This document shows positions 17,907 to 25,132 of a stretch of DNA of 32,000 bases, piece by piece. Every line of letters starts with the position of its first letter. The first letter of the stretch is position 1. The notes beneath the pieces are model-generated. The model saw only the letters and a program-made list of their open reading frames with translations. It was not told the origin of the DNA and ran no database searches. Origin of the DNA: Candidatus Thorarchaeota archaeon (GTDB taxonomy: Archaea; Asgardarchaeota; Thorarchaeia; Thorarchaeales; Thorarchaeaceae); the NCBI GenBank assembly GCA_008080745.1, contig SHMX01000001.1, forward strand, positions 120,001-152,000. The letters are read 5' to 3'. The translations under genes and the position numbers were made by a program.

Positions 17907-18731
17907 TTGCAGTATACTGAACTAATCATCTTCTTAATAGTAGTTCTCGCGTTCTTCATCTTGATGTTTATCGCGAGTGGAATAAAGATTCTGAAGGAAT
18001 GGGAAAGAGTAGCAATACTGCGACTTGGTAAGTTCAAGCATATTAGAGGGCCAGGTATCATTTGGATTACTCCTTTGCTTGACAAGGTTGCAATGAAAGT
18101 ATCTCTACGATTACAGACCTATGCTTTCAAGACGGAACGCTCTCTTACAAAGGATAACGTCCCCGTTGTGGTGGACGCTGTCATGTATTTCAGAGTGATT
18201 AATGTTGAGAAAGCTATCCTAAGTGTTGAACGATATACCATAGCAGTTGAATTGGCAGCACAGACAACCCTTCGTGAAACAACAGGTAAAGTCACCCTCG
18301 ATGAGGTGCTCTCTGAGAGAGATAAAATTGCACAACATTTGCAAGAACTCATTGATGAGAAGACCGAACATTGGGGTGTGAAGGTCACAGCTGTAGAGAT
18401 TCGAGACGTCGTTATTCCAACCCAGTTACAGGATGCTATGAGCCGTGAGGCACAGGCAGAACGAGAACGTCGAGCTAGAATTACCCTAGCCACAGCTGAA
18501 CTAGAGGCTTCAGAGACTATGCTCAAGGCAGCTAAGATCTATGAAGAATCACAAGTTGGTTTTGTGCTGAGAACATGGAACATTATGCAGGAAATTAGCA
18601 AGAATGCTAACCTCATAATTATGTTACCAACCAATATCCCAGAAGTCGGTGCATCAGCAGCAGCTTCTGTTGCTTTGGCAGCAGGAACAGGTGGTCTGAA
18701 GGTTCCTCGAGACAAAGGTAGTGTACAATGA
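17907..18731 (+). CDS. SPFH/band-7 (stomatin-like, slipin) protein
   Basis: N-terminal TM, KEWERVAILRLGKF, GPGIIWITP, LTKDNVPVVVDAV, AQTTLRE, WGVKVTAVEIRDV, AEAERERRA. TTG at 17907 after AGGAG is preferred; GTG at 17886 is possible. Confidence 0.95.
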   Translation: MQYTELIIFLIVVLAFFILMFIASGIKILKEWERVAILRLGKFKHIRGPGIIWITPLLDKVAMKVSLRLQTYAFKTERSLTKDNVPVVVDAVMYFRVINVEKAILSVERYTIAVELAAQTTLRETTGKVTLDEVLSERDKIAQHLQELIDEKTEHWGVKVTAVEIRDVVIPTQLQDAMSREAQAERERRARITLATAELEASETMLKAAKIYEESQVGFVLRTWNIMQEISKNANLIIMLPTNIPEVGASAAASVALAAGTGGLKVPRDKGSVQ

Positions 18732-18746
18732 GGTAGGAGATAGATC

Positions 18747-19448
18747 ATGGACGCATGGATTAAGGTATTAGTCGTACTTGTTCTGGTTTCAGCACTAAGT
18801 ATGATTGTTGGATATATCGTCTTTGACCCCTTTGTAGGTCTTATTCTACTAGGGGTTGTCCTGACTCTACTTGTCCTAACTGTAGAACCTGCTACTGGTA
18901 AAGCAATGGCACAGGTCACAGTGCCAATTATCATTATCCTATTTGCATTTCAAACAGTGATTACACCAGATTTCCAATTTCAATGGTGGATGCTTCTGGT
19001 TGTAGGAGCTGTACTGTATATGATGTTCACCATCTTTACGGGTGGTGGTAGCTTTGTGGAGGGTGCGTTTATTGATGCGAAAGTATCATTCAAGCTCTTT
19101 CCATTGTACGCAGTAGCCATTTTCATTGCAACAGTAATTGATCCTACAAATAGACTGACAGTCTATATTATGATTGGTACTATCTTTTGTCTGATGATAC
19201 TTTACGCCATCTTTCTCCGAAATTATGATGAATGGCCTCTCTATCAGTATGGGACGACCCGAGATGTTGAGGCCCTTACTGACATCAATCCGAATGGAAA
19301 GGTGAAACTGGGTGCTGAGATCTGGTGGGCCAAAACCACTGGTCCACCCATTCAGGCTGGAGAGAAAGTGGTCATTGTAGGCCTTAGTGGTCTGACGATG
19401 TTGGTAACAAAAGATGACGGTAGTTATGATCCATCATCTCAAAATTAA
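18747..19448 (+). CDS. nfeD: NfeD-family protein (multi-TM N-terminus plus C-terminal OB-fold), without protease domain
   Basis: ALTDINPNGKVKLGAEIWWAKTTGPPIQAGEKVVIVGLSGLTMLV; directly downstream of the stomatin gene, with GAGGTAGGAG SD. Confidence 0.85.
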   Translation: MDAWIKVLVVLVLVSALSMIVGYIVFDPFVGLILLGVVLTLLVLTVEPATGKAMAQVTVPIIIILFAFQTVITPDFQFQWWMLLVVGAVLYMMFTIFTGGGSFVEGAFIDAKVSFKLFPLYAVAIFIATVIDPTNRLTVYIMIGTIFCLMILYAIFLRNYDEWPLYQYGTTRDVEALTDINPNGKVKLGAEIWWAKTTGPPIQAGEKVVIVGLSGLTMLVTKDDGSYDPSSQN

Positions 19449-19457
19449 GTAAAACAA

Positions 19458-19490
19458 TGGGTCGGACAACCGACCCAAATTTTTCTTTTA
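19458..19490 (+). terminator. Stem-loop plus T-tract after nfeD, at the convergent junction
   Basis: TGGGTCGG(19458-19465)-ACAA-CCGACCCA(19470-19477), then AATTTTTCTTTT. Confidence 0.7.
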
Positions 19491-20324
19491 TTCAAGTTTT
19501 TCTACCTCTGGTTTCACAATATAGGAATATGAAAACCAGAGCAATATAGCTCCCAACGTGAATCCCAAAATTGAAGTGACTCCCCATTCAATTTGAAATA
19601 TCTCAGGAAGATATGCATAGTCACGCGGATATATTGGAAACATCACATAAGCTATCATATTCCACATAAAATGAAATCCTATAGGCGCCCAGAGATTTTT
19701 CCCCGACAGATAATATGCTAATCCGAGAACTATCCCACCAAGCATTAGGTTAGTTGTAAATAAGATAATGAGAGGGATTGGGACTACACCAATAGGAACC
19801 CACCAGCTGAAATGAAATAAGGAAAAAATCAATGAACTTACCAAAATACCAGGCACGAGACCCCATGCTCTAGCCATTCTAGTCATCATATATCCACGAT
19901 AACATAATTCTTCAAAAAAGGCAACTGGAACTGTGATTATTATTTCTGACATTATTAAATCAGCAGTAATCTGACTAGCGGGCCGAAGAACACCCCCCAG
20001 AGAGGCAAATGCGACAACTAAGCCAGCAGAAACAATTCCAGCAATACCACCAATGAGTAAATCACGAATAGTATTGTCATTCATCGATACTCCTAGTTCC
20101 TCTATAGATTCTCCACCTTCCCATCGTACGAAATACAAAGGTAGTAGATACATTAAAAGAAAACTACCAAAGAAAAGAAATGTTACCACAAGAGAGTATG
20201 TATAGCCAGTGAAAAAAGATCCCACGACCAAGGGAAGGACTACTATCAGGAACATAAGGAGAGAAAAGAGTAAGACACGATATGTGTCTGATATAGATGC
20301 TCTTGGATCATTCATAGTATACAC
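19488..20324 (-). CDS. CPBP family (Abi/CAAX-protease-like) intramembrane metalloprotease
   Basis: EELCYRG (EExxxR), SSLIFSLFH (FxxxH), IGFHFMWN (HxxxN); multiple TM segments. Confidence 0.92.
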   Translation of the reverse strand: MYTMNDPRASISDTYRVLLFSLLMFLIVVLPLVVGSFFTGYTYSLVVTFLFFGSFLLMYLLPLYFVRWEGGESIEELGVSMNDNTIRDLLIGGIAGIVSAGLVVAFASLGGVLRPASQITADLIMSEIIITVPVAFFEELCYRGYMMTRMARAWGLVPGILVSSLIFSLFHFSWWVPIGVVPIPLIILFTTNLMLGGIVLGLAYYLSGKNLWAPIGFHFMWNMIAYVMFPIYPRDYAYLPEIFQIEWGVTSILGFTLGAILLWFSYSYIVKPEVEKLE

Positions 20325-20540
20325 AAGTCTGGTCTGTATTGTTCTAGCCTAAAATTCATCCGGTTCGCACTTATAATAAAAGGAATATGAAAATTACACA
20401 CCGTAAATGTTCTTATGGGAATTTAGAATTCATATCTATAGATACTCAAAACAATGTCTATTGCCGACTAATTTAAGTATCTGGCGACTCTTGAGAACAA
20501 GATAACCTCGAAGAAGTTGTAACATACTTTAAAGCACGAT

Positions 20541-22151
20541 ATGGAGAAAGTTCCTTTGTCAAAAACGAGAAGACTATTGTTGGAATTTGAAACCGAGGAG
20601 GTTGGAAAACAAGCAAGAAGTAATTCAGAGGTTCGAAAAGAATTGGTTCGTGCTATATCAGACTCATCGGATATCGTAAGACAAAGAGCACTGCTTGCGA
20701 CTATAGATTTAGCAGATCCAACAGTCGTTGATGATGTAACAAAAGCTATGAAAGATGACGAGGAAGAAGTTCGCATTGCTGCCGCTCAATCATTAGCATT
20801 TTATCATCAACCAAAGACTATCCCGATTCTTCTTGAAGGGTTGAAAGATTCTGACCCCTGGGTACGTTCTCACTGCGCAAAGGGACTATCCAAACTTATA
20901 CACGGACCTCTCTGGGCAAGACTACCCGAAGAAGATATTGACAAGATTTTATCTGATTTTCCTGGAATGGTAGAAGAAGATATTCGACAATATCTTACCG
21001 AGCTTAAACTTGAACCTGAAGCTATTGATTCGCTAATGAAGTGGAAACGGAAAGATTACGAGATAGATATTGACCCCTCAAGATTGGAAGAAGAAATGCT
21101 GAGTAAACCCATCATATTTGAATCCGAGAAAATTACAGATAAAACCAGACCGATGACACAAGCAGACGAGATTGCATCCATTCTTTCGGAACTACCCAGA
21201 GATGTTCTATCAACTCTACCACCAGAGGACTTGAAGCGCTTAACTCCAAAAACAGCAAGACAGCTCGTTGACTCCTTAAAAGAATCATTCCCAACTGAAA
21301 CCGAACCAGAAGAGGAAGTAAGAAGGAAAAAGAAAGACACGGGGAAGGTTAGAAAGGTCAGAAAGGTCCAAAGAGTCAAGAAAAAGAGTGCTCGAGAAGA
21401 GATGCTGGCCAAACTACCTGATGAGGTCAAGGAGAGTATGCCCCCAGAAGTGTTAGAGAATATCAGTGTTGAAGAACTTGAAGCATTGTTGAATATGACT
21501 GCCGACTCCGAAGGAGTTGCTGTTGACGTCCCAGAAGAAAAGGTAGAAGAAAAGAAACCGAAAAAGGTAAAGAAAAAAGTAGTCAAGAGAGTAAAGAAAC
21601 GTAAGAAGAAAAAATCACCGCAGCTTGAAGATATAGCTGGGATAGGCCCAGCAACTGTAGAAAGTCTAAAGGCCGCAGGATTCAACTCAGTTCAAATGTT
21701 ATCAGAAGCAAAGCCAGAAGAATTGATCGAAAAGGTGGTAGGTGTAGGATCTGCCAGTGCAGAGAAAATGATAGCAGATGCAAAAATATTAGTTTCTGGT
21801 GAAGAGGAAAAAACGAAACCTGAAAAGAAAGGTAGAAAGGAGAAAATGCTTGCAAAATTGCCTGCTGAAGTTAGAGAATCCATGGGCAAAGAGGCAATTG
21901 ATGCCATGACCGAAGAGGAAGTTGAGATGCTCATTTCTTCACTTGGAACTATTGAAACCGAAGCACCTGTAACACCTGAAAAGTCAGTAGATTCGAAAAT
22001 GGATATTCTTGTTGAGAAATATGGTAGAGAGAAGGCAGAGATACTTGCATTAATTCCGGATGATATGCTTGCAAGTATACCTGAAGATCAAATCAAAGAG
22101 ATGGATATTCCAACCCTCAAATCGCTCTCACAAGCTTTTGAGCACACTTAG
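20541..22151 (+). CDS. HEAT-repeat protein with four ~32-aa helical repeats, Lys-rich linkers and a tandem HhH domain
   Basis: Three HEAT_2/PBS-type repeats (D..DIVRQRA, D.EEEVRIAAA, DSDPWVRSHCA); HhH module LEDIAGIGPATVESLKAAGF...VVGVGSASAEKMI at ~21622-21785. Confidence 0.8.
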   Translation: MEKVPLSKTRRLLLEFETEEVGKQARSNSEVRKELVRAISDSSDIVRQRALLATIDLADPTVVDDVTKAMKDDEEEVRIAAAQSLAFYHQPKTIPILLEGLKDSDPWVRSHCAKGLSKLIHGPLWARLPEEDIDKILSDFPGMVEEDIRQYLTELKLEPEAIDSLMKWKRKDYEIDIDPSRLEEEMLSKPIIFESEKITDKTRPMTQADEIASILSELPRDVLSTLPPEDLKRLTPKTARQLVDSLKESFPTETEPEEEVRRKKKDTGKVRKVRKVQRVKKKSAREEMLAKLPDEVKESMPPEVLENISVEELEALLNMTADSEGVAVDVPEEKVEEKKPKKVKKKVVKRVKKRKKKKSPQLEDIAGIGPATVESLKAAGFNSVQMLSEAKPEELIEKVVGVGSASAEKMIADAKILVSGEEEKTKPEKKGRKEKMLAKLPAEVRESMGKEAIDAMTEEEVEMLISSLGTIETEAPVTPEKSVDSKMDILVEKYGREKAEILALIPDDMLASIPEDQIKEMDIPTLKSLSQAFEHT

Positions 22152-23428
22152 TCCTCTCCACCGCGCACAACAACAGCAAACTCCGTGGCCAGACGACCAT
22201 ACCATTCTAGTAAATCACGCATATTATCTACATGACGATATGTTCCATTACCATATTGAGCCATAGCCAACATAAGCTCTTCATCTATCTCACTCCGTTC
22301 ACCAAGACCAATACAATAGATGACCAAACGAGATCGGTCTGGAAATCTTTCCTTAAGCACCTTTAATGGGGGAGGCCCAAAAGTAGTCATACCATCTGTA
22401 AGCATTATGAGCATAGTGGGCTTTTTCTTCTCTCCGAACGCATCTAGAATATCGGCAGCAGTCTGTAAGGAAGACCCCATTGCAGTGAGGGTTCCCCCTT
22501 CTTCAACTTTATCAACCACATGTGTACTTATGATTTGTAGGCCAAGAGCTTTCTCTCTGCCGGTACACTCAACGAAAGGCTGTACTTCCCCAGTTTCCGA
22601 ATCAAGGAATGTCATTTCACTAACAGATTTTTCAAAGGTGATTACTGCAACCTTTTCACCATAACCTCTACCAACCTTTTCGGCCAGATAAAGTAGTACT
22701 GCCATTGCTGCAGCCTCGGCTCTACTAACTTTAGTTCCCTCTTCGAATCTATCGAGAAAGGCCTGTACCTCTGGATTATCCCCAGCCAAATCCTTTAGGC
22801 CCTCTCGTGCATGAGCGATATCTTGAACTGGGACATCGGTGGTTTTCATCGAACCACTAGTATCGATACACAGGATTGCATTGAAGGGTGTAGCAATTCC
22901 AATAGTTTTGAACTGATAACCTGTACGTTCCTTTAATGCTTCAAAGGCTAGTTTTGCAAAGCTCTTACCGGTCAGAGAGGGTCTAGTTATGAGAATCTCG
23001 ACCTTTACATCTAGTTCAGGCCAATTGAAGGACATACCAGGATACACTAGCCGTCCACCAATCAACTTCTCTAGTGAATCAAATGATTCAGCTGCTCTGC
23101 TAACAAGATCATCGGTATTGGCATCCTCTGTTAGGGGTTTGAGACCAAATTCCACATATTCCAAAGCAATCATATCTTCATCATAAAGGGATACTTCAAC
23201 CTCATCCCCTTCCATCAATAGTGATGCCTCTAGAACGAGTGAATCAACCACAATCTGATTTTCATCAATCTCTTTATTCTTGCGTATCTCTGCTGCACCC
23301 CAAAAACTACTGTGGGGATCTTCAAAGATCACAATTGACCCAATATCTGCTTTTAGCTTCTTTGCAGTATCGGGATGTAGATTGGCGTAACCTCTAAGGT
23401 CTCCGCCATCAATGATTTCAAGCTTCAC
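22148..23428 (-). CDS. Cdc48/NSF N-domain-like + VWA protein, intact MIDAS
   Basis: The N-terminus GYANLHPDTAKKLKADIGSIV...NQIVVDSLVLEASLLMEGDEVEV fits a double-psi beta-barrel. VWA motifs CIDTSGSM, GGTLTAMG, LIMLTDG, IYCIGLG. The stop overlaps the stop of the convergent HEAT gene. Confidence 0.8.
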   Translation of the reverse strand: MKLEIIDGGDLRGYANLHPDTAKKLKADIGSIVIFEDPHSSFWGAAEIRKNKEIDENQIVVDSLVLEASLLMEGDEVEVSLYDEDMIALEYVEFGLKPLTEDANTDDLVSRAAESFDSLEKLIGGRLVYPGMSFNWPELDVKVEILITRPSLTGKSFAKLAFEALKERTGYQFKTIGIATPFNAILCIDTSGSMKTTDVPVQDIAHAREGLKDLAGDNPEVQAFLDRFEEGTKVSRAEAAAMAVLLYLAEKVGRGYGEKVAVITFEKSVSEMTFLDSETGEVQPFVECTGREKALGLQIISTHVVDKVEEGGTLTAMGSSLQTAADILDAFGEKKKPTMLIMLTDGMTTFGPPPLKVLKERFPDRSRLVIYCIGLGERSEIDEELMLAMAQYGNGTYRHVDNMRDLLEWYGRLATEFAVVVRGGED

Positions 23429-23503
23429 TGATTTTGTGATTGTAGTAGCCTCCTTATCCGTTGATAATGTATTCCTGAGTTGTGTTATAAAATCTGAGGT
23501 GAG

Positions 23504-24994
23504 CTAGGTAAATAACTCTGAAATATGAGCAAATACCTCGTCAAAACTAGATATCTCCTCATCTGTAGCCTCTAATTCATCGTATAATGAAGGTGGTATC
23601 TCGTGAGATGCCAATTCAAGAGATGTTAATGCCTGCTTACCATGGGTCTGGAGCATAGCAACTCGTAAGAAGCCTAGATTCTCTCTGATCCAAAGATGCA
23701 TCTCTTTTGAACCGTTTCGTTTTCTAAGTGCGGCAATAATCGAATCAAATTGGATTCCATTATAAGCACCCTTTCTAACAGATTCTGGCATAGGCCAGGT
23801 ATGACTAGGTGGAATCATCATATCTAGAGATGCTACATCTACATCTTTTCGTAAAGATATTTTCGCTAAAATATGTTCAATTGATACCTTTGGAGAGGAA
23901 GTTGCTGTGAATTGCTGAGCTTTTGCAATAGTTTGTGACCTAGTGCTGAAAGGTCGATTGATAAGAAAAAGAGCATTACCGGCCAATATTCGTTGTGCAT
24001 CTGATAGAGTACCAGGAAAATCATGAGAGAGTAGAAAAAGAATGAGATCTACTGCTTGAACCGAAAGAAAACTGTAATCAGTTCCAAAGAGGATTTTTCT
24101 AGACCATTCCTTATCCCCATTTCTAATTCTGTCCTTTGCCATCTCAAACAATACAGGTATATCTTTTCCATGGAGGCTTGAGGTTTCCCCAAAGAGAGCA
24201 GGATCTCTAAGAATCTGATACAATTTGGGATCGCCAGGATTCATTCCACAATGTGCCAATATCACCCTCAAGTCGTCTTTTATCTTTGGTTCTCTTTCAC
24301 GAACACTCGAAACGAGACTATGAATCTTCTCAGCTGTACGAATATTTCGGGTATCGAATATAACAGGTATCCTAAGTTCAGCAGCACGCTTCAAAACACG
24401 AGCGGTCATGTCATCTTTTATTTCATCAACGAATAGTTGTGCAAGTGGATGTAACTTGAGACCCCTCAATCCTAGTGTCCTAATGGCGTAATCTAATTCA
24501 TCCACGGCGGAATTTCTTGAGATAGCTGATGCATCCTTTGGGTCAACTCGGCAAAATCCAATTAGTCTCGAAGAATTAGGAGAACGGGTTGTCCATCCTG
24601 CAATTTTCTCGTTAGATGTATGAAATGAAGGTACCTCTGGAAATCCATTTTTTGCATAATCGTCAGTATATGGAAAAACTACTGTTCTATCCACTAACCA
24701 TCCATGATTCAACCTATTCCAACTTTTCTTTGCCTTAAAAATCTCAGAAACAAAAGGCGTGGGAACTACCCCAACAGGTTCAAAGAGAAAACCGTCATTA
24801 TCTTTGATATCTTCGATTAGTTTTTGCATCTCAAACCATAACAAAGCGTAGAATTCGTAAGCTCCAGAGGGTGTATTTTGATGTCCTTTCTCACGACCCA
24901 TATGATGATGAAAATCTACAATATACAAACGATATTCATCATTCTTCTTGATACCCTGTCTGGGTATATCACGAGTCGCTCGTACAAGTAACAC
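23504..24994 (-). CDS. Amidohydrolase_2-type TIM-barrel metallohydrolase plus ~150-aa C-terminal domain
   Basis: IVDFHHHMG, IGFCRVDP, LGLRGLKLHP, RIPVIFDT, VILAHCG, ETS, KILFGTDYS, RILAGNA; GGTGAGGT SD before the GTG. Confidence 0.88.
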   Translation of the reverse strand: MLLVRATRDIPRQGIKKNDEYRLYIVDFHHHMGREKGHQNTPSGAYEFYALLWFEMQKLIEDIKDNDGFLFEPVGVVPTPFVSEIFKAKKSWNRLNHGWLVDRTVVFPYTDDYAKNGFPEVPSFHTSNEKIAGWTTRSPNSSRLIGFCRVDPKDASAISRNSAVDELDYAIRTLGLRGLKLHPLAQLFVDEIKDDMTARVLKRAAELRIPVIFDTRNIRTAEKIHSLVSSVREREPKIKDDLRVILAHCGMNPGDPKLYQILRDPALFGETSSLHGKDIPVLFEMAKDRIRNGDKEWSRKILFGTDYSFLSVQAVDLILFLLSHDFPGTLSDAQRILAGNALFLINRPFSTRSQTIAKAQQFTATSSPKVSIEHILAKISLRKDVDVASLDMMIPPSHTWPMPESVRKGAYNGIQFDSIIAALRKRNGSKEMHLWIRENLGFLRVAMLQTHGKQALTSLELASHEIPPSLYDELEATDEEISSFDEVFAHISELFT

Positions 24995-25132
24995 TCAGCA
25001 GACCTCACCATTCAATAATACACAATGATGATAAAGTATTGTGTAAATACAGGATATGCTGAAAGATTCCCATTAGGCATATATCATTTCAAACGAAGAT
25101 GCAAGTACAAGTTACTCGATGTGTAAGGTCTT

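Noticed and set aside
20433-20444. 12-bp palindrome TATCTATAGATA in a divergent intergenic region
   Set aside because: AT-rich, single copy and compatible with chance; no second site found.
21340-21615. Lys-rich tracts as nuclear localisation signals or a nucleotide tandem repeat
   Set aside because: Prokaryotic context, and the nucleotide periodicity (e.g. AGAAAGGT) is short and explained by amino-acid low complexity.
21056-21934. 209-aa and 80-aa minus-strand ORFs rich in F/S/L
   Set aside because: Antisense shadows of the Lys/Glu-rich low-complexity HEAT gene.
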